Source of the DNA: Thermoanaerobaculia bacterium
GTDB taxonomy: Bacteria > Acidobacteriota > Thermoanaerobaculia > UBA5066
Direction of reading: 5' to 3'
Length of the DNA: 64,000 bases
NCBI GenBank assembly: GCA_038245905.1
Contig: JBBRRY010000016.1
Coordinates: 15,284 to 79,283, forward strand
The position numbers were made by a program, and so were the translations under genes. Positions 19,460-28,309 of this stretch are shown here, piece after piece. The stretch's first letter is position 1. The number at the start of each line of letters is the position of its first letter. The notes below the pieces were generated by a model, which had not been told where the DNA came from, made no database searches, and saw only the letters and a list, made by a program, of their open reading frames with translations.

Positions 19460-20062
19460 TCAGGCCTTCTTCTCTCCGTTGAGCGACTTCAGCAGATCCG
19501 ACATGTCGTCGGCGTGCTCTTCTTCTTCGCCCAGGATCCACTCGAAAAGCCGGCGCGTCGTGGAGTCGTCCTTGCCCACGTAGTCGATCATTTCCTTGTA
19601 CGACTCGATCGCGATCCGCTCGGCCACGAGATCCTCGCGGATCATGTCAACGAGCGTCTCTCCCTCTTGATATTCCGTGTGACTCTTCGAGAGGAGCCCG
19701 GCCGGATTGAGGTCGGGCTCGCCCCCGAGCTGCCGGATCCGCTCGCAGATGCGGTCCGCGTGGACCTGCTCCTCGTTCGCGTGCTCGAGGAACTCCTGCT
19801 TGACGGGCTCGGCGTGAATGCCCTCCGCCATGAAGTAATGCCGCTTGTACCGAAGGACGCACACGATTTCGGTCGCGAGGGCGACGTTGAGCAGGCGCGT
19901 CACCTTCTGGGCGTCGGCGCGATAGCTCGGCGTGACGGCCCCTTCCTCGATCTCCTTGCGCGCGCGCTTGCGCAGCTCCTTGACGTCGCTCAGGAAGGGA
20001 TGACGAGACGACGCATCTTTCTTTTTCCCTGAACCGCCAGCATGAGTCTTCATCGCGCTCAC
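19460..20062 (-). CDS. Ferritin-like/bacterioferritin-family protein
   Basis: LATEIVCVLRYKRH, EHANEEQVHAD, EDLVAERIAI, EEEEHADD di-iron motifs. Start may be 20053. Confidence 0.88.
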   Translation of the reverse strand: MSAMKTHAGGSGKKKDASSRHPFLSDVKELRKRARKEIEEGAVTPSYRADAQKVTRLLNVALATEIVCVLRYKRHYFMAEGIHAEPVKQEFLEHANEEQVHADRICERIRQLGGEPDLNPAGLLSKSHTEYQEGETLVDMIREDLVAERIAIESYKEMIDYVGKDDSTTRRLFEWILGEEEEHADDMSDLLKSLNGEKKA

Positions 20063-20373
20063 GATTCCCGCGTCACGAGGTGTCCTACGAGAAGCCCGAC
20101 CCCGAAAGCGGCTATGGCTACGAGAGCGGTGTTGTCGTCCGCGTATGTCGTGACGCGCTCAGCGGCCTTTCCGGCCTTCTTGCGCGCGGACTCCACGTAG
20201 TCGCGGGCGCGATCGGCGACACCCTGTGCGTCGACTCCGAGTCCCTCGGCCGCCTCTTTGCCGCGCGAGACGACGTCGTCGAAATTCTTTTTCACTTCGC
20301 TCCCGAGCTTCTGGGCTTCGCGAGCGGTCTTCCTTGCCTGTTCCTCGACGGCGGGGCTGTACATGTTTTCCAT
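20059..20373 (-). CDS. ElaB/YqjD (DUF883)-like protein, paralog of 15863
   Basis: AERVTTYADDNTALVAIAAFGVGLLVGHLV, closely similar to the 15863 product. Confidence 0.78.
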   Translation of the reverse strand: MENMYSPAVEEQARKTAREAQKLGSEVKKNFDDVVSRGKEAAEGLGVDAQGVADRARDYVESARKKAGKAAERVTTYADDNTALVAIAAFGVGLLVGHLVTRES

Positions 20374-20397
20374 TTCCGGGCCTCCGGTTCCTTGACG

Positions 20398-20413
20398 TGC
20401 AACGCACGTGCCA
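20398..20413 (-). promoter_or_regulatory. Sigma-54 -24/-12 promoter
   Basis: Minus strand TGGCACGTGCGTTGCA, perfect TGGCAC-N5-TTGCA, 24 bp upstream of the 20373 start. Confidence 0.8.
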
Positions 20414-20428
20414 AAAGAGTCACCTCAA

Positions 20429-21925
20429 TCACCTCGTCGGATCCGGCTCCCCGACGTCGCGAGGCTGATCCGTCCTCAGCCCTCCGGGACGGCCCTCCTT
20501 CTCGAACCAGGCCATGGCCCCGAGGATGTGGAACGCGGCCCCGCTCGACCCGAGGCCGACCCCGACGGACAGGCGGCCCTTCCGGATCAGAAGCGCCCCC
20601 CAAGTGCGTCGACGCGTTTCGCGGTAGTCACCTTCGAGGAGAAACGTGCCCGCCTCCAGGCTCGCCTTCGAGATCGTCAGGCGGCCCGGGGTGCGCACGA
20701 CGTGGCCCTCCGCTCCGAAGTCGCGCAGGTCGAGGAACCCAGCCAGCCATTTCGGCGGGCCCGTCGGAAGGAAAGCCACGAGTGGACGGCCATCCCGGAG
20801 GCGAGCGGCGACTCGCGCGTCCAGTGCACCGTCGGCGAGCCTGAGACGCGCTTCCGGAGTCGTGAACGTTCCCTCCCAGGCCTCTCCCGCCGCGCCATCC
20901 AGCGAAAGATGCGAAAGCGCGAGGCTTGTCCCGCCGAGTGCGACCGTTCCTGCGTGGAAGTCGATCGGCCGCGCCCTCAGAGCAGCGCGCGCGGAGCCGC
21001 GGAAGACCCGCTTCCCGGCCTTCACGAGGAGCCCCCGCGCGTCGGCGTCGACACGCGCGCCCCCGCGCCCGCCGTCAAGCACGACGCCGATCCTCACGGA
21101 CCCGATCCCGCCTGCGACCCGGGCTCCGTCGCCGTCGGAGGAAAGGAAGTCGAGGCCCTGGAGAGTGCCGTGAAGGTCGGTCATCCCGGACATGATCTTC
21201 CACACCTCGTTGCCGGGATAATCCTGCGTCTCGAAACGCGGCAGCGCGGCGCGGATGGCGCCCAGGGTTCCGCGAGAGACCTCGCCTTCACCGAATTGGA
21301 GGGTCCCGCCGGTGACCGAGAGCTCGGCAGGAAAGACCTCGGCATGGCGGCCCGGGAGTAGATCGAGCCCTCCTCCGAGGCGCGCCGCTCCTGTCCAATG
21401 CCAGGAGTCGATCCAGATCTCCCTGACAAGGCGCACGTCGAGCTCGTCCATCACGATCCGCCATGGGTTTCCCGCGACCGCGGGCGCCGGCGGATCGCGA
21501 AGCGGCGGATCGGCGAACCCCACGATGGCGGGATAGCGCGCGAGCCGGGCGGGCGTCGCCTCGAGACGCTCGAGTCGCTCGCGGAGCCGGAACGAGAGGA
21601 CCCCCGCGCGCACCGAACTCGCCCGGAAACGGCGCCTCAAGAGATCAGAGAGGCACACGCGAACCGTCACGCCTTCGAGCCGGGCCTCCCACTCGATGTT
21701 CGAATCCCGGCTTCGAAGGAGAAGCATGTCGAATCGGAGGCTCCCGGGCAGGAGCGATCGCGCGCCGGTGTATGTGACGAAGAGCGCCTCCGGGTCCGAG
21801 TTGATCTGCCCGGAAAGCCAGTCCGACCGCAGCGCGAGATTGGTCGCTCCGACGACGAGAACAAGGCACACGCAAGCGGCCACGGCGAGCCCAAGCACGA
21901 CCTGTCGCGGGCCCGGGCGCGTCAT
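20429..21925 (-). CDS. Hypothetical membrane-anchored beta-rich protein
   Basis: 498-aa ORF with N-terminal TM helix and host-like codon usage. Confidence 0.65.
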   Translation of the reverse strand: MTRPGPRQVVLGLAVAACVCLVLVVGATNLALRSDWLSGQINSDPEALFVTYTGARSLLPGSLRFDMLLLRSRDSNIEWEARLEGVTVRVCLSDLLRRRFRASSVRAGVLSFRLRERLERLEATPARLARYPAIVGFADPPLRDPPAPAVAGNPWRIVMDELDVRLVREIWIDSWHWTGAARLGGGLDLLPGRHAEVFPAELSVTGGTLQFGEGEVSRGTLGAIRAALPRFETQDYPGNEVWKIMSGMTDLHGTLQGLDFLSSDGDGARVAGGIGSVRIGVVLDGGRGGARVDADARGLLVKAGKRVFRGSARAALRARPIDFHAGTVALGGTSLALSHLSLDGAAGEAWEGTFTTPEARLRLADGALDARVAARLRDGRPLVAFLPTGPPKWLAGFLDLRDFGAEGHVVRTPGRLTISKASLEAGTFLLEGDYRETRRRTWGALLIRKGRLSVGVGLGSSGAAFHILGAMAWFEKEGRPGGLRTDQPRDVGEPDPTR

Positions 21926-21977
21926 TGGCGCCGCCGAACCTCAGCGTACGGGGTTGACGGTGAGAGTCCTTGCCACG

Positions 21978-22595
21978 TCACGCGTGAATGGTCGCCGGGA
22001 CCGGGGTTGCGGCCATCTCGAAACGGCGAGCCGCGACTTCCCAGTCCGATGCGGCGAGGAACGCGTCGATATACTCTCCGCGCTTCGTGCCGTAGTCGGC
22101 CATGTAGGCGTGCTCGAAGGCGTCCATCAGGAGAAGCACCGGACATCCCGCGAGGTGGCCACGATCGTGTTCGTCGACCCAGACGTTGAAGAGGCGGCTG
22201 GCTTCCACGTCCCAGACGAGCGCGGCCCAACCGATCCCCCGCAGGCTTCCAGTCGCCCGGAACTCCTTCTCCCAGGCCTCGTGCGAACCGAAGTCCCGCG
22301 CCACCTGCGCCCCGAGACCGGTAGTCTTTTCCAGATTCGCCCTTTTCTTTGTCAGATTTCCAAAGTAGACCTCGTGAAGGCGCATGCCATTCCATTCCCA
22401 GCCGAAGCGGCGCTTGAGCTCGGACCAGGCCGGTGTGGGCGGCTTCACGGGGGACGCGGCCCCCAGCTCGTCATGGAGAGCGTTCGCGTTCTTGACGTAG
22501 CCGCCATAGAGCTCGAAATGCTGCTTCAGGAGCGAATCACTGAAGCCGGGAGTCCCGAGCAGCCGGGTGAAGTCCTTTGCCGAGTAGAGAGCCAT
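21978..22595 (-). CDS. Fe/Mn superoxide dismutase family protein (ChrC-like)
   Basis: QHFELYGGYVKNAN, NGMRLHEVYF, GIGWAAL, MDAFEHAY; SD AGGAGG. Confidence 0.9.
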   Translation of the reverse strand: MALYSAKDFTRLLGTPGFSDSLLKQHFELYGGYVKNANALHDELGAASPVKPPTPAWSELKRRFGWEWNGMRLHEVYFGNLTKKRANLEKTTGLGAQVARDFGSHEAWEKEFRATGSLRGIGWAALVWDVEASRLFNVWVDEHDRGHLAGCPVLLLMDAFEHAYMADYGTKRGEYIDAFLAASDWEVAARRFEMAATPVPATIHA

Positions 22596-22618
22596 CGTCG
22601 TCCTCCTGAGGGCTGCAC

Positions 22619-22634
22619 AGCATGAAATGGGCCA
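22619..22634 (-). promoter_or_regulatory. Possible sigma-54 promoter for the SOD gene
   Basis: Minus strand TGGCCCATTTCATGCT (GG-N10-GC); weaker match. Confidence 0.45.
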
Positions 22635-22655
22635 GTGCACGCGTCCTGGCGGTTG

Positions 22656-22671
22656 CGGCATGGCTGTTGCT
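22656..22671 (+). promoter_or_regulatory. Sigma-54 -24/-12 promoter
   Basis: CGGCATGGCTGTTGCT (GG-N10-GC), 23 bp before ATG 22695. Confidence 0.6.
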
Positions 22672-22694
22672 CAAGGCTGGCCAGGAGGAAGATC

Positions 22695-22844
22695 ATGCTT
22701 TGGACCATCTTCGTGATCCTGCTCGTACTCTGGCTTCTTGGAATGGTGACGTCCTACACGATGGGAGGGTTCATTCACGTCCTCCTCGTGATCGCGATCG
22801 TCGTCGTCCTCATCCAGGTCATTTCGGGCCGCAGAGTCGTGTGA
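22695..22844 (+). CDS. lmo0937-family small membrane protein
   Basis: MLWTIFVILLVLWLLG..SYTMGGFIHVLLVIAIVVVLIQVISGRR; SD AGGAGG. Confidence 0.9.
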   Translation: MLWTIFVILLVLWLLGMVTSYTMGGFIHVLLVIAIVVVLIQVISGRRVV

Positions 22845-22850
22845 TCGGAC

Positions 22851-22906
22851 GGACGAAGGGACACCTCCGGCCGCCCCGCAGGACGGCACGGGGTGTCCCT
22901 TCGTCC
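22851..22906. terminator. Inverted repeat between convergent genes
   Basis: GGACGAAGGGACACC-26 nt-GGTGTCCCTTCGTCC, perfect 15-bp arms. Confidence 0.65.
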
Positions 22907-22965
22907 ATCAGCCGGCCGCGCCCTCTCGGCCGCGCGGCCGGCTCTGCCCCCTCGTGGAGCGGTTC

Positions 22966-23421
22966 TCAGCCTTCGTTCTTGACCGTCACGCGGCGGGCCT
23001 TGTCGTCGCCCGTCTGCTCGGTGAGGCGCACGCGAGACCCGACGGCGACAGTCGCGTCGATCGCGACGACCGTGTCTTTCGCGTCGAGGGCGACCATGTG
23101 CGTCTTCTTTTCCGCGGTCATGACCTCGATCTTCTTGCCGGGCTCGTAGAGCGTGACGGTGCCCACGAACGTTTCGACCTTGCCCGTGACGGTGCCGGCA
23201 CCGGTGTCGGTCTTCGTCTCCGACTTCGCCTCGAGCGTATTGCCGGCCTGCTTCGACTCCGTGGTCGTCTTCACTTCGCCCTGTGCGGTCTGCGTCGTCG
23301 ATTCGGTCTTGCGTTCGACCGTGCCCGGCTCCGTCTTCGAGCACGCGAAGGCCGAGGCCAGAAACGCCCCGGCCAGGGCACTCACGAGAAAAGAATACCT
23401 GCGATTTTGCATGATGTTCAT
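22966..23421 (-). CDS. Lipoprotein, Thr/Lys-rich
   Basis: Signal peptide with lipobox-like AFAC followed by SKTE; SD GGAGG. Confidence 0.75.
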   Translation of the reverse strand: MNIMQNRRYSFLVSALAGAFLASAFACSKTEPGTVERKTESTTQTAQGEVKTTTESKQAGNTLEAKSETKTDTGAGTVTGKVETFVGTVTLYEPGKKIEVMTAEKKTHMVALDAKDTVVAIDATVAVGSRVRLTEQTGDDKARRVTVKNEG

Positions 23422-23438
23422 GCCTCCCCCCGGACAGG

Positions 23439-23454
23439 AGCAGGGGCCGTGCCA
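23439..23454 (-). promoter_or_regulatory. Sigma-54 -24/-12 promoter
   Basis: Minus strand TGGCACGGCCCCTGCT (GG-N10-GC). Confidence 0.65.
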
Positions 23455-23473
23455 GCAACTCTTTCGGGCGGCT

Positions 23474-24472
23474 TCAGGCGGCCACGGGCGCGTTCGCGGC
23501 GGTCGGTCTCTGCCCACGCTCGGTGCGGATCGTCCGGCTGAAGAGAGAGAGCCGGCGGTCGAAGATGAACTGCAGGACGAGGCGCGTCCACGAACGGTGG
23601 AAGTGCAAGGCTTCGTAGACCTCCGGGACCGACCGGCGAACCGCCGGAAGCCTGTTCCACGGCACGGACGGAAAATCATGGTGCTCGTTGTGATAGCCCA
23701 CGTTGAGCGCCGGGACGTTGAGCGGCCCGTAGTAGCTCGTGGTTTCCTGTCCGTCGAAAACGAGGAAGTGCTCCTGAATCCAGCGCGCCCCGAGAGGGTG
23801 GAGGCCCACCGAAAAAAAGAACGAAACCGCGAGATAAAGGAGCGCCTTGGGCCCCAGAACCGCCCAGACGGCGACGTCGTACGCGAGCTGCACTCCAATG
23901 TTCACGAACACCCACGGGGAGAAAAGCGAAATCTCGCGGAGGCGCGGAGGCCGCGTGACCTGAAAAATCGGGAAGAACAGGAGCCACAGAGCCTTGCGAA
24001 TGGCCGAGTGGCCGACGAGACGCGCCTCCCACCGGCTCGGAATGTCGGCATCCAGCTCGTAAACGCCCTGATAGGCGTGGTGCTTCAGGTGGTACGTCTG
24101 GAAGGAGATCGCGCTCGGCAGGACGTGCGGAAGGTTGGCGGCGATCGCGGCGATTTTGTTCCAGCTCGCTCTTCGGAACAAGAGGTTGTGGGCGCACTCG
24201 TGGATGAGGACCCAAAGGGCGTGATCCAGAAACGCTCCGATCGCGAAGGCCGCGGCGAGGCCGGCCCAGAACGGAGCACGCCCGAGGGCGGCGGCAAGCG
24301 CGGTCTGCGCCAGGACGATTCCGATCACGAGGAGGACGCTCCATGGGTTTCGGCCCGCGAGCCCGCGAATCTCCGCGTGGTTTCTGAGGATCTCTCTCGC
24401 GCGGAGCGCGTGCGGCTCACGCTGGTCGGAGAAGAGAAAGTCCTCGGGACTCGTATTCAGGGTGCTTTTCAC
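23474..24472 (-). CDS. Membrane desaturase, sphingolipid delta-4 desaturase (DES/DEGS)-like
   Basis: His boxes HECAH, HLKHH, HNEHH; EPH..R.REIL..H.EI..L.G N-terminus; ET.SYYGPLN...NVGYHNEHHDFP. Confidence 0.85.
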   Translation of the reverse strand: MKSTLNTSPEDFLFSDQREPHALRAREILRNHAEIRGLAGRNPWSVLLVIGIVLAQTALAAALGRAPFWAGLAAAFAIGAFLDHALWVLIHECAHNLLFRRASWNKIAAIAANLPHVLPSAISFQTYHLKHHAYQGVYELDADIPSRWEARLVGHSAIRKALWLLFFPIFQVTRPPRLREISLFSPWVFVNIGVQLAYDVAVWAVLGPKALLYLAVSFFFSVGLHPLGARWIQEHFLVFDGQETTSYYGPLNVPALNVGYHNEHHDFPSVPWNRLPAVRRSVPEVYEALHFHRSWTRLVLQFIFDRRLSLFSRTIRTERGQRPTAANAPVAA

Positions 24473-24560
24473 CAGAATCTCCCCACCAGTATCCACGATC
24501 CTCCCGCTGATTGAAAACGATTTCCGAGTCCCGAGTGCCGCGGGCTCGGGAACAGCTCCG

Positions 24561-25880
24561 TCAGGTGCCACTTCCCTTCAGGACCGTGACGACCGTCCGA
24601 AGTAGGATGAAAACGTCCAGGAGCGGCGTCCAATGGAAGAGGTAGCCAAGGTCGTAGCGGAGTTTGACGTCCGGCTTCGTCGCATAGAGCCCCATCACCT
24701 GTGCGAGACCCGTCAGACCCGGCTTGAGGACGTGCCGGAGACGGTAGGCGGGGATCTCCTTCTCGTAGAGCGCGACGAACTCGGGCCGCTCGGGCCGCGG
24801 TCCGATGAGGCTCATCGACCCACCGAGGACGTGGAGAAGCTGCGGCAGCTCGTCGAGCCGCGTCCTCCTGAGGAGGGCTCCGGCCGGCGTCACGCGCTCG
24901 TCGTCCCGGCCCGAGAGTGTGGGACCCGTTTCGGCCTCGGCGTCGGCCCGCATCGTGCGGACCTTCCACAGCAGAAACTCCCGCCCCCACCGGCCGACCC
25001 TGCGCTGGCGGATCCACGGCGCTCCCGGGCTACCGAGCGCGACGGCAAGCGTCACCAGGACGAGAATCGGGGCAGCGGCGAAGAGCAGAGCCGACCCGAA
25101 AACGATGTCGAGAGCGCGTCTCCATGCGAAGGCGAAGAAGCTCGCACCCTGCGTCGCCACGGGCGTGAGGGGCAGGTCAGCAAGGCTCTTCGTCACCGCC
25201 CGCGAGGACACGATGTCCGCGAGACCGGGAAGCACCCAGAGGTCAAAGTCGTTTTCGAGGCTGCGCTCGAGAAGGGCCACGAGCTTCGGCCGGTCTTCCG
25301 GCCGCTCGGACGCAAAGATGACATCTCGCGCACCTTTCAGCTCCTCCAGCGATACATCCTCGCTCCAGCCCGCGAGCATGTGCCCGGTGATTTGCCCCGC
25401 CCTCAAGGCGTCGGCCGCGCGACGCGCGTCGAGGCCCGAGCCGAGCACCAGAACAGCGCGCGTGCCGATCGGCGCGAGGACGTCGGCCAACGACCGCCAA
25501 CGCCCAAGCGCGAAGGACAGGAGCGGCACCCAGACGAGGAGCACCGTGCGCGGCACTGCCTGGCCCGCAAAAAAGTACGCGGCGACAATCAGGCCGCCCG
25601 CGACGAGCGCCGACACGAGGAGGCCGCCCCGTTCTCTCACCGATGCGAACGGCTCGTCGTAGGTACCTGCCAGCCACAGCGCGGCCAGCGTCGCAAAAGC
25701 CACGAGGGCGAGCCACGGAATCTCGAGCGAGAGGTTAGAAGCCGGCAGCCTTCCGACCGTGCCCGGCAGCGCAAGGAGCCGGCGCGCGGTGACGACGAGA
25801 GCGAAAAGGCCGGAGGCCACACAGGCGTCGCCCACCGCGAGGAGAAGGCCGCGGCCTTTCCGCCGGCCCCGCGGCCTCAC
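24561..25880 (-). CDS. Undecaprenyl-phosphate sugar phosphotransferase (WcaJ/WbaP-like)
   Basis: RALDI, KVRTM, DERVT, LDELPQL, GPRPERP, KPGLTGLAQV. Confidence 0.92.
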   Translation of the reverse strand: MRPRGRRKGRGLLLAVGDACVASGLFALVVTARRLLALPGTVGRLPASNLSLEIPWLALVAFATLAALWLAGTYDEPFASVRERGGLLVSALVAGGLIVAAYFFAGQAVPRTVLLVWVPLLSFALGRWRSLADVLAPIGTRAVLVLGSGLDARRAADALRAGQITGHMLAGWSEDVSLEELKGARDVIFASERPEDRPKLVALLERSLENDFDLWVLPGLADIVSSRAVTKSLADLPLTPVATQGASFFAFAWRRALDIVFGSALLFAAAPILVLVTLAVALGSPGAPWIRQRRVGRWGREFLLWKVRTMRADAEAETGPTLSGRDDERVTPAGALLRRTRLDELPQLLHVLGGSMSLIGPRPERPEFVALYEKEIPAYRLRHVLKPGLTGLAQVMGLYATKPDVKLRYDLGYLFHWTPLLDVFILLRTVVTVLKGSGT

Positions 25881-27028
25881 GGACTCCCCCGCGCCGCCCG
25901 GTATGCCGCGACGAAGCCGGCGACGGAAGCCCGGCGATCCGCATGCGCCTCGACGAACGCGCGGCCCGCCGCACCGTCCCGTGCCGCCCGCTCGGGGTCG
26001 CCAAGATAGTCCGCGATCGCGCGGGCGAACTCTTCGTCCGTGTCCGCCGTCGCGGCGGGTGGAAGAACGCCGGACGACGCGGCGCGCAGGACGGCACCGG
26101 GCGACGCCACGACGGCCGCGCCCGCCTCGAAGGCCTCGAAGAGCTTGTTGGGTGTGCCCGTCCCGAGGTCCACGGGCGCCACGACGACGCGTGCCGTCCG
26201 GAGGAAGGCGGCCATATCCGGTACGGGACTCACGACCTCGACGCCGCCCTGTCCCCCCGCCTCACGGATCTCGCGAGGAGCGTCGGCCCCGCCGAGGAGG
26301 AGACGGGCGTCCGGCACCGCGCGCTTCACGCGCGGCCAGATGTCCTCGAGAAGTCGTCGCGCGGCCAAGCGATTCGGACGGTACATGAGACGCCCGGTGA
26401 AGGCCACGACGGGCCCGCGCCGGGACGGGCCGGCCGGAAGCAGTACGACGCCGTTCGCCACCGCCCGGGTCCCGGGCGGGAGCCGCGCGGCGTCGGCCGG
26501 CGTCGTCCCGAGAAGGACGGCCGCGCCCCGGGCCGCGCGCTCCTCGGCGCGCACGAGGCGCGGCGCGTCGAGGGCCCAGTAGGCACGTCGCCAAAGCGCG
26601 GGATCGTGCCGGGCCGCCTGTCGCGCGGCCGCAGCAAGCGCGTCCACAAAGTCGACGACGAGCGGCGCGTCCGGCAGCGCTCCCGAGACGTGCGCAAGGA
26701 GGCGCGGAAGAAGCAGCGCGACCACGAGGTCGGCGCCTCCCGCCTCTTTCAGCGCTGAGCGGAAATCTCCCGCGAAGAGCGCCGACTGGAGAGGGTCTCC
26801 GGAGAGAAGCGCCCGCACCATGACGAGCGGGACGCGCGCGGGAGAGAGAGCAACCGGCACGACGCGCGCGGCGAGCGGCACGTCCGGTTTCTCCCGCGGC
26901 CCGGCACCTCCGACGATCGTCGTCTCGAACCCGGCTTCGTTGAGCGCCTGGAGGTGGATCTCCGCCCTGAGCCGATCGCCCGTGAAGCCGGTCCCGGGCA
27001 GGCGGGGAACGAGCAGGATCGCTTTCAT
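25877..27028 (-). CDS. Glycosyltransferase family 4
   Basis: FTGRLMYRPN, GTGTPNKLFEAF. ATGA coupling. Confidence 0.85.
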   Translation of the reverse strand: MKAILLVPRLPGTGFTGDRLRAEIHLQALNEAGFETTIVGGAGPREKPDVPLAARVVPVALSPARVPLVMVRALLSGDPLQSALFAGDFRSALKEAGGADLVVALLLPRLLAHVSGALPDAPLVVDFVDALAAAARQAARHDPALWRRAYWALDAPRLVRAEERAARGAAVLLGTTPADAARLPPGTRAVANGVVLLPAGPSRRGPVVAFTGRLMYRPNRLAARRLLEDIWPRVKRAVPDARLLLGGADAPREIREAGGQGGVEVVSPVPDMAAFLRTARVVVAPVDLGTGTPNKLFEAFEAGAAVVASPGAVLRAASSGVLPPAATADTDEEFARAIADYLGDPERAARDGAAGRAFVEAHADRRASVAGFVAAYRAARGSP

Positions 27029-28284
27029 GCAGGAGGGCGCGCCCGGTGCCAGCGGGAAGGCGCGAGCAGCGCGCGAGCGGCGGCGCGTGTCCACATCGAA
27101 AAAGACGCCGCGAAATCGGCGAAAGCCACGGGAGGAACTTCCGGTGGATAGCCGAGGCGCCGCCGGAGCGCGGCGATCGAAAGCCACTCGAGGACGAGGG
27201 CGAGTTTTGCTTCGAGTGAAAGAAGGATAAGGAAGGCCAGAAGTGCAACGGGCCGTCCATTCAAAGACAAAACCAGCATGAGCACATCCGAGGCGCCCGC
27301 AAGAATCGCGAGGGTTCCGAGCAAAAGGACCCTCGGACGAAGCCAGAGATCGGCCGCCAGAACGAACGCGCCCTTCGGGCTCTTCGCCGCGATCCGGAGG
27401 AGATCGCCGAGGCCCGTGAAAAGGAGCTTCATGTGCCCACCCAGCCATCGCGCGCGCGAGCCCGACATCGCGCGCGAGCCCGGGACTGGTTCGTCGAACG
27501 CGACGGGCGCCGCGAGAGCGCGGACGCGCACTCCCGACGCCAGGAGCCGGAGGGTCGCTTCGGAGTCCTCGACGGTCGTCGCGGTAGCCACGGCCGGCCC
27601 GGCGTGAAACGCCCGCGGCGAGAAACCCATGGCCTTACCGCGCAGCCGGACGGGCAGGCCTTCGGCATCCCGCGCAAGGTCGTCCTCCAGGGCCTGGGCG
27701 AGAGAGAGCGCCTCGACGCGCGGCGCGCCCGAGGCGGGGACTCCCGCGGGCCGGACCGGAAGCTGGAACGCCTCTGTCCCGACGGGCACGGCGAGATCGC
27801 GGAAAAATCGTTCCGGCAGCCTCATGTCGGCGTCGAACACAAGGATGAAGTCGTAGGCATCCAGCCGGTCGCCCATGCTCGCGGCGAGAAACGCAAGCGC
27901 ATGTCCTTTCGCAGGACCGGGAAGATTCTTCGAAAGGTAAGAGATTCCGTCGCGCGCAAGACGGGCCTGCGCCTCGGGGTCCGGACCGTCCAGGAGGACC
28001 AGAATGTCGACGGCAAAGGAGCTTGCGCTCGCCTCTGCGCCGCCCGCGATCTTCACCTTCGAAGAAATCTCTTTCTCCGACTCTCTCGTCACGTCCGCGG
28101 CGATGTCGCCGACGCGCGCGCCCTCGGCGCGAGCCGGCACGAGCACGAGCAGGCGTGCCGGACGCATGCCCCGCTCCGGCGCGCCGCGCCCTCGCACGAG
28201 GCGCCGCAGCCTCAGGGCCGCGTCGAGCGCGGGCAGCGCTGCCGCGAGGGCCAGCAGGCCGCAGAGGACCGTCGCCTTATCCAC
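27025..28284 (-). CDS. Glycosyltransferase family 2 (membrane)
   Basis: VLVPARAE, KGHAL, VFDAD, TVED, RARW, flanking TM helices. Confidence 0.82.
   Translation of the reverse strand: MDKATVLCGLLALAAALPALDAALRLRRLVRGRGAPERGMRPARLLVLVPARAEGARVGDIAADVTRESEKEISSKVKIAGGAEASASSFAVDILVLLDGPDPEAQARLARDGISYLSKNLPGPAKGHALAFLAASMGDRLDAYDFILVFDADMRLPERFFRDLAVPVGTEAFQLPVRPAGVPASGAPRVEALSLAQALEDDLARDAEGLPVRLRGKAMGFSPRAFHAGPAVATATTVEDSEATLRLLASGVRVRALAAPVAFDEPVPGSRAMSGSRARWLGGHMKLLFTGLGDLLRIAAKSPKGAFVLAADLWLRPRVLLLGTLAILAGASDVLMLVLSLNGRPVALLAFLILLSLEAKLALVLEWLSIAALRRRLGYPPEVPPVAFADFAASFSMWTRAAARALLAPSRWHRARPPA
27923..28070. repeat. Inverted motif pair in the GT2 gene
   Basis: 27923-27937 (-) CCTTTCGAAGAATCT; 28056-28070 (+) CCTTCGAAGAAATCT. 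Confidence 0.65.
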
Positions 28285-28309
28285 GCGGCCTGCATCGTAG
28301 CGCCGAACG

